Source: a virus | Lineage: Duplodnaviria; Caudoviricetes | IMG/VR virus record: IMGVR_UViG_3300028048_001915 | Location: 23,268 to 87,267 of that record | Direction: 5' to 3' (one strand) | Length of the DNA: 64,000 nucleotides | Shown: piece by piece, positions 1 through 10,544 of the stretch | Layout of the letters: each line of letters begins with the position of its first letter | Numbering within the stretch: position 1 is the stretch's first letter | Notes under the pieces: model-generated | Told to the model about the DNA's origin: nothing | Database searches by the model: none | Seen by the model: only the letters and a program-made list of their open reading frames with translations | Made by a program: the position numbers and the translations under genes

Positions 1-214
1 TGAAGCATTCTACAAAGAACCAATTTATCTCCTACTTTAACTTCTGCTTTGTCCAAGTAAGGATAATATTTAGTTAATACGCCAATATGGAGTTTAGATG
101 CATTAACTTCTTTTTTAACAGTAGTTTCCAAACTATCCTCAACAACATTATGAATAATAGGAGTTATAGCACTAATTAATCGGCCATCTGTAGCAGTTAT
201 GTTATTTGATTTTT

Positions 215-1507
215 TCATGTTGTTGTCTCCTCAGTTGTTTCTTCATCTTCACTTTCTTCCTCGTCTTCATCACTTTTTGCTTCTTCCGGTTCACCAAATC
301 CTGGAGGATAATCAGCTAATGTGATATTAGTTTCCCATCCTGGAGAAGCAGATTCACTATGAGAACATTTTGTAATATACATATAACCATCTTCGTCAAA
401 GCTTGGAATGTATACTCTAACCCATTTTCCTTGTTCCCATAACGGAGAACCAATAACTTTACATTCTATTGTGTGGCCGTTGTCTCTTTTGATTTTAGCC
501 CATTCTGTATTAGCGAATGTCTGTGCTTCTTCTAATGTTTCACAGGGAACTTCTTCAACACTGGACTCTGTGTCACTACTTGAATCATCAGAGGATGTAG
601 TATCTGTTGTGGTGTTTGTGGTGTTATCTGTAGTAGTAGTTGTAGTTGTGGATGAAGTATTCGAGCTTGATGAATCCGACTCTTTTGTTGTAACAACCCT
701 TTTAACCGCATCCATTTCAGCTTTTTTCTCACCAAACCTTTCAATTAATTTTTCATCACGAAAGACAATGTCTTCACCACCTTGCCAATGCACAGTCAAG
801 AAGTTAATTGTTTCAGGATTAATATCAGTAATGTTAATGCTTTTTTGGATAATATCTCTACCTTCAATTAAAGATAATTCAGCAGTTTCAGGGTCAGGAA
901 TCTTATTAATAAAAACAGTATCGTTAACTACACGACATTCAATTTCTCCATCACGCATTTTAAGAATATCTTTAATTGCTTCTTTGATTGTTGATGCAGA
1001 TGAACCATCATCACTATCCTCTCCACCACCAGCCAATATTTTCTTTGCCAGTTCCTCTGGTGTTTGACCATAAACATAATTCACATACTGTTTATTTTCC
1101 TGGAAAAAATAATCTGCAGATTTCCCTAGGTATGGTGCGATAGATGATCCACTACTGAAATTATCATCATGTGCTCTTACTAAAGGTTTATTTTTTAAAT
1201 CTTCTTTGGTAATCCATGAATGAGCTGTCCATGATGCAAAAGCAAACCATGCATATTTCCAATGATAATATCCATTTTTGATACCATCACGAAAATCAAC
1301 GTAAGTACCGATATCACTTCCACCAACAATGAAAATTGCTACTTTTCCTGATGATGAACTTTTTAAACCAGAAGATTGAACAAAATTTGGACCTACACTT
1401 AATCTTTGAGCGGTGTGTCCTTTGCTTTCAAGAACTTTACATACTCTTTCAATTAAGTTGGATTCCCCACCTACAATGTTATCGCATCCAACAATATAAT
1501 CAGTCAT
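215..1507 (-). CDS. Baseplate hub-like tail protein (C-terminal hub half) with an uncharacterised N-terminal alpha/beta domain
   Basis: Lies downstream of the tape measure gene. The C-terminal part (IECRVVNDTVFINKI...ECKVIGSPLWEQGKWVRVYIP...MYITKCSHS...WETNITL) resembles YqbQ/late-control-D hub proteins. Contains a Thr/Ser-rich linker. Confidence 0.5.
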   Translation of the reverse strand: MTDYIVGCDNIVGGESNLIERVCKVLESKGHTAQRLSVGPNFVQSSGLKSSSSGKVAIFIVGGSDIGTYVDFRDGIKNGYYHWKYAWFAFASWTAHSWITKEDLKNKPLVRAHDDNFSSGSSIAPYLGKSADYFFQENKQYVNYVYGQTPEELAKKILAGGGEDSDDGSSASTIKEAIKDILKMRDGEIECRVVNDTVFINKIPDPETAELSLIEGRDIIQKSINITDINPETINFLTVHWQGGEDIVFRDEKLIERFGEKKAEMDAVKRVVTTKESDSSSSNTSSTTTTTTTDNTTNTTTDTTSSDDSSSDTESSVEEVPCETLEEAQTFANTEWAKIKRDNGHTIECKVIGSPLWEQGKWVRVYIPSFDEDGYMYITKCSHSESASPGWETNITLADYPPGFGEPEEAKSDEDEEESEDEETTEETTT

Positions 1508-1522
1508 AATTATAATACTCCT

Positions 1523-2581
1523 TTAACATGCTCCATTAGCTTGGAAATCCCATAAACTATTCATTTTCATATTTTGATAAACTTGACCAAGGCTACGTCT
1601 ACTGTACCCTGGGTCTGAATCTTGCCATTGCCCATCAACATAATATTGAACCCAAACATGCCCTGGGCCATGAACACCACGAGCTTTAAGTTTAACTGCT
1701 TGAGCCATTTGGTAACCCAAGTTAGCACGGTCACAACAATTACTAACACCTGATTTCAAAACTTCTGATGCACATTTATGATGGTTACTGTAATTTGGTG
1801 ATGGGTATTTTACATGATCACAGATAAAAGCAGTGATAGCATTAGCTTTGGCTTTTGCAGATTTTTTGCCTTTACAAACTTTCTTTGCCATTGCTTTTAC
1901 ATCACCGGAAACTTCACCGGAAAATTCTCCACCCTCATCATCATCTTCACTTTTAGAAACATTACTATAATCAATTACCTCATCAGCCATTCCTGTGAAA
2001 TCAACTTTAGGTTTTAAACCAGCCGTTTTAATCATCTCTTCTAATATGGCTGACATTTTCATTTGAGTGAAATCAAACTGGTATTTCTTATCTAAAAGTT
2101 TTGTCATTCCAGATAATGTTAAATCAACACCATTTTCACTATAAGTCTGTTCAGTAATGAAACCTAATAGTACTGGTGTTAAATCATCTAAATTAGTTGT
2201 TTGACCATGTTCTTCCCAAGTTTTACGAAGACAAGTACGAACACCTTTATAGAATCTTTTTTTATCAACTGATGGTACACTGATGTTTCCATTATTATCT
2301 ATAGCTTCATAATCATAATCATAATTAGAATCAAATAAATCTCCATAATAATAAGTTTCCAATATTTCGCCTTGATGTAATTTAAATCCTTCATCATTTT
2401 CCTCAATTTCTTCATCCTCTTCCTCTTTTTCATCTTCTTCTTTCTCAGAGTCTTCTGAAGATTTTTCACTATCTTCTTCTTTATTACCCATATTAGGTTC
2501 ATAAGGGACAAAGTTCTCTTCATCGGTTTTATAAACTTCAAAAAGGTTACGAGGAATACTATAACTAGCTACTTTAACCAT
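1523..2581 (-). CDS. Tail-associated protein: hub-like N-terminal half plus transglutaminase-like (Cys-His-Asp) peptidase, a candidate virion pseudomurein endopeptidase
   Basis: C-terminal motifs NCCDRAN, GHVWVQY and WQDSDP form a papain/transglutaminase-type triad like that of PeiW/PeiP-type enzymes. Located in the tail module. Confidence 0.65.
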   Translation of the reverse strand: MVKVASYSIPRNLFEVYKTDEENFVPYEPNMGNKEEDSEKSSEDSEKEEDEKEEEDEEIEENDEGFKLHQGEILETYYYGDLFDSNYDYDYEAIDNNGNISVPSVDKKRFYKGVRTCLRKTWEEHGQTTNLDDLTPVLLGFITEQTYSENGVDLTLSGMTKLLDKKYQFDFTQMKMSAILEEMIKTAGLKPKVDFTGMADEVIDYSNVSKSEDDDEGGEFSGEVSGDVKAMAKKVCKGKKSAKAKANAITAFICDHVKYPSPNYSNHHKCASEVLKSGVSNCCDRANLGYQMAQAVKLKARGVHGPGHVWVQYYVDGQWQDSDPGYSRRSLGQVYQNMKMNSLWDFQANGAC

Positions 2582-2584
2582 AGT

Positions 2585-3178
2585 TTAACTCCTGCTTTTA
2601 AGTTTATCTTTAATTTCCTGTACCCATTCTTCTTTAGTTTTGTTGGATGTAGGTGTAGTGACTTTATTATCTTTGTTTGTATTAACTACTTCAGTAACAT
2701 TAGATTCTGTTTCTGTATTCGTAGCTTCCGCATTTTCTTTTTGTAAAACATCTTCTGGAACAACAAACAAATCGCCAGGAATATTTGGTTGTTCTTCAGG
2801 AATTTCTTTAATATCAACTCTTAAAGTAATATGGTCTGGTGAAGCTTCTTCATCTTCACGTTCAATAGTAATTTCAGCTTTGAATTTACCACCCATATAT
2901 TCAGAGATAACCTCACATTCTTTGTTCATCATTTCACGGAATATTTCATCAAAGATTCTGGGGTTTCCTTCAGTATAAACCTCAGTATTGAAACTATATT
3001 CACGACCCATATACTCTCCACGAGTTACTTTTTCCGTACCACCTAACAGTTTTTGACGGTTTACTTTACGATAATTATAAGAAGTAGTTGAAGTAAGTCC
3101 CTCAGCATAGAATGGATATCCATCTATTTCAACTGTTTCATTAACTCCATTTACAATATCTTTATACATGTTTGGCAT
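2585..3178 (-). CDS. Putative distal tail/baseplate protein
   Basis: Immediately follows the tape measure gene; beta-rich N-terminal domain. Confidence 0.35.
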   Translation of the reverse strand: MPNMYKDIVNGVNETVEIDGYPFYAEGLTSTTSYNYRKVNRQKLLGGTEKVTRGEYMGREYSFNTEVYTEGNPRIFDEIFREMMNKECEVISEYMGGKFKAEITIEREDEEASPDHITLRVDIKEIPEEQPNIPGDLFVVPEDVLQKENAEATNTETESNVTEVVNTNKDNKVTTPTSNKTKEEWVQEIKDKLKSRS

Positions 3179-3181
3179 GGG

Positions 3182-6100
3182 TTATGCAACTCCTTTTGGA
3201 TTTGGATCATATAAGTCAAGTGATTCTAAAGCAAGAATTAACATTTGTTTAGCTTCTTTTTGTGTCATGTTACGAGCATCAACAGGGATTGCACCTTCCT
3301 GAACAATAATAGTGGTGTTATTACCATTATTAGTTGGTGGTGCAGGACTTGCCATTAATCCCATTGATTGTAATTGTGATGGATTTAATGGTCCCATTGC
3401 AACATCTAATGATGGATTACCAAATCCATCAACAACTGATTTACCTGCAAGATATGCGGATGTGTTTAATGGACCATATGAATCAGTGATTGCTTGATTA
3501 GTATATCCCATTTCTGCGCTCATTGCACGATATATATCTCCAGGAGAACCACTGTTAATACCATTTTTAAATGCAGCCACTATTTCTGCAGCACCATTTT
3601 GAGCAACTGATTTAGCTGCATTTATACCATTTTGAACCGCAGATGTCATGAAACTCATTTCCGCATTCATTGCATCAGCTAATTTTAAAGTAGATTTGAA
3701 ACCATCAGTAACATTAGTACCTAATGATTGTCCACCACTTGAAGCTGCACCGCTTGCACTTGATATACCTGATGAAACACTGCTTTGGACAACACCTCCT
3801 AATGGTGATAATCCTGATTGAATACCACTAACAATTTGAGAACCAATACTCATTGCAGGAGCTGCAAATCCTCCAGCAGCACTTGCTAATGTTGTACGAA
3901 TAGTAGTTAATGCAGTATTAATACTATTAAGTAATCCATTAACATCACCAATACCAGCATTAGTCATTCCAGATAAATAATTCGCAACTTTGCTCACAGT
4001 TTCAACAGCTAATCTTACTCTTTCAGCAATATCTGGTGAAATAGTGACTCCACCAAATTGTGATAATTGTGTTCCTGCTTGTTTTAAATAACTTAAACCC
4101 ACGGAAACTCTTTGAATAAAACTAAGGTCAGGTATATTGGTTATTTGTATGCCTGCTAATTTACTGGCAACTTGATTAATTTCATTGATGGCTTTGTCAA
4201 TACTGCCTTGAATATCAGTTCCGCCGAATAATCCTCCTTGAATCCATCCAACGAAACCACCATCATAACTTTGTGCTACAGATTTAATTGAATCTAAACC
4301 TGATTTTAAACTACCTAATGCATTAGAAACATTTTGTATTTTACTTCCAATATCTTGTGGAACATCGGATATAGTCCAAGTGCTTAAAGCGGAAGCTGCT
4401 TTTTCAATATCTGTTTTCACATTAGTTAATGCAGTTTGAATATCTACTCCACCGAATAATCCTCCAAGTAGACTATCCCAGTTTTGACCATCACGTATAC
4501 TACGTAATGCACCAATCGCATCCCCTACAGATTTAAGGCTATTGCAAACATTTTGAATATTCTGTGCAACACTCTCAGGTAAAGGTGATAAACTAGAAAA
4601 TTCCTGTAATTTACTAGATGCTTTAATAATTTCATCTTTTGCTTGACCAATACCATCAGATATACTACTGAAATTTAATACTCCAGCAATCCAATTACTA
4701 ATACCGGTGTTAATATTAGTCCAGGTCATAGCACCCATAGCATTAGACACCGCACCAAGACTATCACTAATTGTTTTAAGATTTGTTGCAATAGATGGAT
4801 CAAGTTTAACATCACCGAAACTTTGAAGTTCTTTAGCAGCTTCTTTCAATGCACTACTTGCAGTTTTTAATGGTCCAGTTATACCGGTGAATAATGTAAT
4901 CATACTGTTAATGCCGACAAGTATGCTAACTCCGGTCATTGCTAGCATTGCAGCACCAATCCAAGCAAGACCAGTAGCTATCTGTTTGATTCCTTCAATA
5001 CTCCCTTTTAAATCGATACTGTCGAAGTTTAGGGATTGCATGAATTCACCTAATAATTTGATGAATAGCATTGCTTCTGCAGCTATTCCTGCTATTATTG
5101 GAATCATTATTGCTACTACTGCTGCTAATGCTAATGCAGGTACAATCATGGATGTGAATGCTGCACTTAATGATGTTGTTGCTGCTGCGGCTGCTTCTGT
5201 TCCAGCTGCTCCTGCTTCCATTGCTGGTGCTGCTGCACCCATTGCTCCAGCTGCTTCTGCAACTCCTTCAACTCCATCAACAACATCATCTATTTCTGAG
5301 ACTACTTCCGTCGCTCCACGAAGACCGGAGATTTTATCTTTTAATCCACCGAAAACATCAGTAAAACTGAATCCACTAATGCTTTGGTATAATGATTTGT
5401 TTAATCCGTTTAATTTGCCTTTTATATCAGGCATTTTAATATTTTTAATTGATGTTCCGAAACTAGATAATTTACCACTAATGGTACTGGCTACATCTCC
5501 TAATCCACCAAAACCTTTTTTCAATCCATTTTGTAATGTTTCACCAAAGCTGAAATTTTTAATGCTTGATGCTATTTTAGTGAACGGTGCTGTTATTTTT
5601 CCTTTAAAATCCAAATCTTTGATTGAGGAAAATGCCTCTGTTAATTGGGTTTTAAATCCAGAGAATTTATTTTTAATAGCACCTGTAAAAGTCATTTGTG
5701 AAGCTTCTTCAGCTAATTCCCATTCTTTAATTAAATCATCATCAAGAAAATGACTTCCTTCTTTAAGTGCTTCAGATAATTCTTCAGTTGATTTTTTACC
5801 AAAGATATTTTCAGGGTCAAAACCAAGATCACTCATTCTAGTTTTTGTAAGTCTCTCTGCGGTTTCAGCATTGATTTTATTGATTTCTTCAAAGACACCA
5901 TCTTTTTTTTCAAGTTCTTTAAGGTATTTTGCTAAATCTTTGTTTTGGTTTTTACTATCTTTTAGCATGTCTGCTGCGAACAATGCATCGGTACCAGCTT
6001 CAACAGCTTTTTCTCCTTTACCTGCACCTTTCGCAGCTTCGGCACCTGCAGCACCCATACCAGTAACATTAGCACCCATTTCTCCTGCATTACCTACAGT

Positions 6101-7090
6101 AGACATTGCATTACTCATACCTTTAACTGCATCAGTAGCATCATTAGCAGCTTCAGCAACATCACCAGCACCTTTAATCCAAGACCTTAACTGTTTAATA
6201 CCTGTACTAATATCCTCAAAACCACGAACAGCAGTACTGACATTAAATAAAGCACTGTTCATTACATCAATACCCTCGCCAACAAGGAGGATACTAGCAG
6301 TTAAATTACCTCCTAAAGCATTATCTAAATCCAAGAAACCTCTTTTAACATCTTTAATCACTGGTAAGAATTCATTACCAATTTTCTTACCACCACGACT
6401 AAAAGCTTTTTGGATTAAAGCATCAAGACCTTGGTTAGTTTCCATTAACTCTTTAGTAGAACCCATTACCTCAGTAACTGCCTCCATGAATCCACGAACA
6501 TCTTTCTCATCACCACTCCATTTACCAGTACGTTTTAACGCATCTTCAGATACACCGTACTGGTCTAATGCAGCGAAAGCACCTTTAATACCTTTAGACA
6601 AAGACATCATTGCAGTTTCAGCTAAAGCAGTACTACCAGTTTGAGCTAATACAGCCGCACCAAAGTTAGCCATATCATCAGTAATATCTTTAACTTCAGC
6701 ATCAGATGCACCAGTTGCGGCTTTAAATGCATTCAAAGCAGGGATTAAATCTTGCATTGAAGTTAAACTAGAATCAGTAACTTTATCAACAGTATCATAT
6801 AAATCTGCAGCAGCTTCTTTAGTACTAGTCATATTGTTAATAAGTACCTTGTTGGTTTCTGCTTTACTTGCATTACCAAATATAATATCAGAAGCAGATT
6901 TACCACTGTTAAGTGAACCTATTAAACCATCACTAACAGTACTTAAGTTAGCCATACCTGCAGTCATACTAGCTAATGCTGCTTGGGCGGATGAAGCCAT
7001 TGATTGAACATTATTATCTATTTGTCCAGTTACTGAACTAACTTCATCTTGTGCTCTGAATATAAGCATAAGCTCTTCCATACTCGCCAT
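3182..7090 (-). CDS. Tape measure protein
   Basis: 1302 aa, Ala/Gly/Ser-rich helical repeats and a hydrophobic segment, located after the tube and chaperone genes. Confidence 0.9.
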   Translation of the reverse strand: MASMEELMLIFRAQDEVSSVTGQIDNNVQSMASSAQAALASMTAGMANLSTVSDGLIGSLNSGKSASDIIFGNASKAETNKVLINNMTSTKEAAADLYDTVDKVTDSSLTSMQDLIPALNAFKAATGASDAEVKDITDDMANFGAAVLAQTGSTALAETAMMSLSKGIKGAFAALDQYGVSEDALKRTGKWSGDEKDVRGFMEAVTEVMGSTKELMETNQGLDALIQKAFSRGGKKIGNEFLPVIKDVKRGFLDLDNALGGNLTASILLVGEGIDVMNSALFNVSTAVRGFEDISTGIKQLRSWIKGAGDVAEAANDATDAVKGMSNAMSTVGNAGEMGANVTGMGAAGAEAAKGAGKGEKAVEAGTDALFAADMLKDSKNQNKDLAKYLKELEKKDGVFEEINKINAETAERLTKTRMSDLGFDPENIFGKKSTEELSEALKEGSHFLDDDLIKEWELAEEASQMTFTGAIKNKFSGFKTQLTEAFSSIKDLDFKGKITAPFTKIASSIKNFSFGETLQNGLKKGFGGLGDVASTISGKLSSFGTSIKNIKMPDIKGKLNGLNKSLYQSISGFSFTDVFGGLKDKISGLRGATEVVSEIDDVVDGVEGVAEAAGAMGAAAPAMEAGAAGTEAAAAATTSLSAAFTSMIVPALALAAVVAIMIPIIAGIAAEAMLFIKLLGEFMQSLNFDSIDLKGSIEGIKQIATGLAWIGAAMLAMTGVSILVGINSMITLFTGITGPLKTASSALKEAAKELQSFGDVKLDPSIATNLKTISDSLGAVSNAMGAMTWTNINTGISNWIAGVLNFSSISDGIGQAKDEIIKASSKLQEFSSLSPLPESVAQNIQNVCNSLKSVGDAIGALRSIRDGQNWDSLLGGLFGGVDIQTALTNVKTDIEKAASALSTWTISDVPQDIGSKIQNVSNALGSLKSGLDSIKSVAQSYDGGFVGWIQGGLFGGTDIQGSIDKAINEINQVASKLAGIQITNIPDLSFIQRVSVGLSYLKQAGTQLSQFGGVTISPDIAERVRLAVETVSKVANYLSGMTNAGIGDVNGLLNSINTALTTIRTTLASAAGGFAAPAMSIGSQIVSGIQSGLSPLGGVVQSSVSSGISSASGAASSGGQSLGTNVTDGFKSTLKLADAMNAEMSFMTSAVQNGINAAKSVAQNGAAEIVAAFKNGINSGSPGDIYRAMSAEMGYTNQAITDSYGPLNTSAYLAGKSVVDGFGNPSLDVAMGPLNPSQLQSMGLMASPAPPTNNGNNTTIIVQEGAIPVDARNMTQKEAKQMLILALESLDLYDPNPKGVA

Positions 7091-7096
7091 ACTGCA

Positions 7097-7324
7097 TTAC
7101 CTCATTCTTCTTCTTTTATTACGATTCTTTTTAGCTTCTTGCTCTGCTTTTCGGATTTGTCTTTGTTCTGATTTTATAATCTCACCATACTTTCTCATGA
7201 GCATGATGATGTCTAAATGATTTCTTTTGTAAATTACTTCGCTGATAGGTATTCCAAGATGTTTACTGACACGGAAATAAACTTCTCCGAGAAAACTATC
7301 TAACAGCTGGAAATAAGTCTTCAC
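7097..7324 (-). CDS. Tail assembly chaperone, second ORF (probably reached by frameshift)
   Basis: Overlaps the 3' end of the upstream chaperone ORF in the +1 frame, has a GTG start with no obvious SD, and directly precedes the tape measure gene. Confidence 0.55.
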   Translation of the reverse strand: MKTYFQLLDSFLGEVYFRVSKHLGIPISEVIYKRNHLDIIMLMRKYGEIIKSEQRQIRKAEQEAKKNRNKRRRMR

Positions 7325-8048
7325 GGAAAGTTTCAGTTAATTGTAAACGATTACGGACTTCGTGGAATAAACTTACACGGGTGGATAAGTCAACTTCTTG
7401 CCAGAATTTAATATTATCTTCAAAACTAGTTTCAGTATCATCAACAAATTCAATACGATCGGCTAGGAATTCATTGATGACATTGATAAGGAAATCATTG
7501 TCTTCTGCTTTTTCATTAATTTTATCCATGACGGATTTGTACATTTTAGTTTCTTCTGGTGACATTGGTTGTTTATTTTGAGCTTTACTGACAACTTTTC
7601 TTTCATTAATGTTTAAATCATCAAATAAACCAAATTGGTTGTCTTGTGCTTCAAGGTATTGTTTATCAGTGAATGGTTTGATACGCATTTGTAAAAGGAA
7701 TTTCTCACCATTCAAGTAATAATTCATATCTATACGGTAACGATTTTCATCATGGATTAATCTTAAGAGTTCAGATTGTGTTTTAACAATTTTTTCTGAT
7801 GTTTCAAGATTCTTTTCAAGTTTATCCGCATCATATTCTTTGAAAAATCCACGATAATCTTTTAATAATGATAAAATATCTTTTTGTTCTTTTTCTGTTA
7901 ATTCTTCTTTATTAATACATTTATCAACTAATTTCTTCTCATCGTCTTCTAAATAATCATAAGGTAGTTTTTTACATTCTCTTGGATATTTAGTGTCCCA
8001 TAAGAATTTTTCTGTTGTTTCACTTACCATAAGTCTAATCACTTCCAA
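7296..8048 (-). CDS. Tail assembly chaperone
   Basis: Sits between the tail tube and tape measure genes; acidic helical protein. Confidence 0.6.
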   Translation of the reverse strand: MEVIRLMVSETTEKFLWDTKYPRECKKLPYDYLEDDEKKLVDKCINKEELTEKEQKDILSLLKDYRGFFKEYDADKLEKNLETSEKIVKTQSELLRLIHDENRYRIDMNYYLNGEKFLLQMRIKPFTDKQYLEAQDNQFGLFDDLNINERKVVSKAQNKQPMSPEETKMYKSVMDKINEKAEDNDFLINVINEFLADRIEFVDDTETSFEDNIKFWQEVDLSTRVSLFHEVRNRLQLTETFREDLFPAVR

Positions 8049-8118
8049 AAAAATAATAATAATATAATTTTTTAAAAAAAAAAATAAAAGATAAAAACAT
8101 GAAAAAAATATCTTGTTT

Positions 8119-8523
8119 TTATCTTGGGTCTTTAAATCCTAATGCAATAAATTCTAAATCAAAGCCTAAACCTTCATCTTCCATAGTTGGGTTAATGGAT
8201 TCGATACGGCAATGTAAAAGAGTTCCTATTTCTTTGTAGTCCCCTTCATCTCCGTAAGCATAAACACTTATCGGGAAGTTGATACGTTTAGCTTGATATT
8301 GTCTGCATAATTTTAAGAATTGTGGAGCAATACCGTTTGCACTTCCACTATATTCGTTTTTACCTCCAGCATATCTGTAAGGGTCACGACTATTGGTGGG
8401 TGTTTTTGTATTGTTTTCGGTTGATATTTCAAAATCAAAATCTTCACAGATGATAACTTCATTATCTAATCTTAATTCCGCTAAGTCATAGCTGTTGTCA
8501 TCTGGGTCAACGGTGATAGCCAT
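8119..8523 (-). CDS. Tail tube protein
   Basis: 134 aa beta-rich protein directly after the sheath-like gene. Confidence 0.65.
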   Translation of the reverse strand: MAITVDPDDNSYDLAELRLDNEVIICEDFDFEISTENNTKTPTNSRDPYRYAGGKNEYSGSANGIAPQFLKLCRQYQAKRINFPISVYAYGDEGDYKEIGTLLHCRIESINPTMEDEGLGFDLEFIALGFKDPR

Positions 8524-8525
8524 AT

Positions 8526-9680
8526 TTAATTACCTCCTGCAACTGTAGCGTTTGGTGCTTCAATGTACATGCTGAAACCAATAAATAGGGTTGAGTTAAC
8601 TGGTATGGATACTCCTTCAGCTAATAATCTGTAAGGATTAGTACCTGATTCAATAACTTGGATTTCGGTTCCATTCATCATATAACCATTATCTAAGAAT
8701 TTATTCACGATAACATCAACATCGGTTTGACAATAAATGATATTGACTTCGGTTTCGTTTCTTTTGATTTGATGATATAATGCAACATAGACTTCTCTGA
8801 TTAATTGGTCTACGTTTCTTCTTGCATGTAATAAACAATCATTTGCCCTGCTGTCCTGACTTGCAGCAAAAGCTGTGGAAACGGCAAGGTTAATTCTTGG
8901 GTGTATTTCACTACCTGCGAGTTCATCTTTAATGAATATAATTCCTGCAGCTTGTAACTCGTTTTCTTCAGATGGTGTACGTTTATTGAATTCACCTGGT
9001 AGTATACTTCTGAAGTCAGTGTATCCTGGTTCTTCATAGTATGGGGTGGTGAATATTTTCGCTAATATTCTTCCAAAGTATTTTGGCTCACATAACCCTA
9101 AACGAGAGCTTTGAATATATGCTTCTTGTTCATCATCAGTGTAAGTTTTTAATTGAGCATCAGTAGCACCAGCAATAGTATAATATGCTATTCTTGGATT
9201 ACCATACTCATTATCTGCTTTAATACTTGTTAAAGCACTATTCAATATAGCTAATACCTTAGCTTTATCATCTGCTTGTTTGAAACCAACATATACTTCT
9301 GCAGTTACTTCTCTTTTACTTTTTGCTAATTCCATAGCTGCAATCCATGGTGCAGCATTAGCAACAGTAGCAGTCCCTAAGTCAATTACATAAACATAAG
9401 GAATTCCAATATCTTCTGATTCGTTTTTTCTTCCTTCAATGAAGAAATCTTCTAATACTGCTAATAAAGGATTAGTTGCAGTGTCGGTTCCTATTCCTCC
9501 ATTTGCAACAGTTCTTTTAGCTGCAGTGAAACTTTTGAATTTTTGTATTCCTGGTGCAGGTGTTGAGTTTCCAGTGATACCAATGAATATTGGTATTTGT
9601 GCTCCTTCACCAGATAATCCAGGATTACTATCCCCTTCATAATATCTTACTTTTGGGGTTTCAGTGATGGTTATTGCCAT
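8526..9680 (-). CDS. Tail sheath-like protein (contractile tail)
   Basis: 384 aa. N-terminal PKVRYYE..IPIFIG and C-terminal RRNVDQLIREV...IPVNSTLFIGFSM match the sheath pattern; followed by a small tube gene. Confidence 0.65.
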   Translation of the reverse strand: MAITITETPKVRYYEGDSNPGLSGEGAQIPIFIGITGNSTPAPGIQKFKSFTAAKRTVANGGIGTDTATNPLLAVLEDFFIEGRKNESEDIGIPYVYVIDLGTATVANAAPWIAAMELAKSKREVTAEVYVGFKQADDKAKVLAILNSALTSIKADNEYGNPRIAYYTIAGATDAQLKTYTDDEQEAYIQSSRLGLCEPKYFGRILAKIFTTPYYEEPGYTDFRSILPGEFNKRTPSEENELQAAGIIFIKDELAGSEIHPRINLAVSTAFAASQDSRANDCLLHARRNVDQLIREVYVALYHQIKRNETEVNIIYCQTDVDVIVNKFLDNGYMMNGTEIQVIESGTNPYRLLAEGVSIPVNSTLFIGFSMYIEAPNATVAGGN

Positions 9681-9684
9681 GTTT

Positions 9685-9927
9685 TTATTCTCCTATAAAA
9701 TTTTTAATTATTTTGTTAAGTTCATCAGTGGTGATTGATGGTTCAATGTCCTCAATACTGTAAATTTCTTCTTCAGCTTTGTATTGAGGTAAAAGACCAG
9801 CTAATGATAATGCACCAACAATAATGTAAGTTGGTGTTGGATTATCCCTAACCGCTTCATAAAGAATTAATTTCTCTTGTTTTGGTTTAGGAGTATCCTT
9901 TTTCTTATTCTCATTCTTTTTACTCAT
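9685..9927 (-). CDS. Hypothetical virion-module protein
   Basis: Tightly packed ORF in the late operon. Confidence 0.4.
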   Translation of the reverse strand: MSKKNENKKKDTPKPKQEKLILYEAVRDNPTPTYIIVGALSLAGLLPQYKAEEEIYSIEDIEPSITTDELNKIIKNFIGE

Positions 9928-10535
9928 AATTCAGTCTCCAATTCAAAATCAGTGAATGGTTTACCACCAATAGGATAGTATTGGTAATAATCCATGTTCA
10001 GTTTGAAAATAGTTCTTAAAACTTGACCTGTTGGATCCAATTCATCTAAATCAGTAACACTATCAACATGGAAAGTGTTTTTAACGATATGATGTGATTG
10101 GAAAAATGATTGGTAATGGTTAATATCAGGGCATTGGTTTTTCTTTGCCCTTGCATTTGTATCTGTACGAGTTAACGCTTCGCATCTGCTCTTCAATATA
10201 CTACATTCATCATCTTTATAAAATTTACAAGTGGAATAATGATTAGCTTCTGCTTGAAGTATACGATTATTCACTTGTTTTATTAATTCGTGGCGTTCCT
10301 TTTCAGTGTTACACCAGATATTAATCCATATATTGGAAGAATATCTTTTCATGATATATTCCGCACCATCTATTTGAGCATATCTTCTGCGAACGAATTG
10401 TTCGTCAGCTTGATTAATTGTAAAACATGGAGTGCGGTCTATTTCAGAATAATTTTTAACAAAAGGAACAATTTTACCATCTAAAAATAAATGATTAGCC
10501 AGTAAATTCAAGAAAGCAGTTTCCATGGGAAACAT
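9924..10535 (-). CDS. Tail terminator-like protein
   Basis: Position before the sheath gene; TPCFTI...INIWC pattern of gpU/gp17-like terminators. Confidence 0.5.
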   Translation of the reverse strand: MFPMETAFLNLLANHLFLDGKIVPFVKNYSEIDRTPCFTINQADEQFVRRRYAQIDGAEYIMKRYSSNIWINIWCNTEKERHELIKQVNNRILQAEANHYSTCKFYKDDECSILKSRCEALTRTDTNARAKKNQCPDINHYQSFFQSHHIVKNTFHVDSVTDLDELDPTGQVLRTIFKLNMDYYQYYPIGGKPFTDFELETEL

Positions 10536-10544
10536 GATTTTTTT

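Noticed and set aside
408-6644. Long plus-strand ORFs (408-1067, 4887-5753, 5871-6644)
   Set aside because: Antisense shadows of the tail and tape measure genes, arising from codon bias
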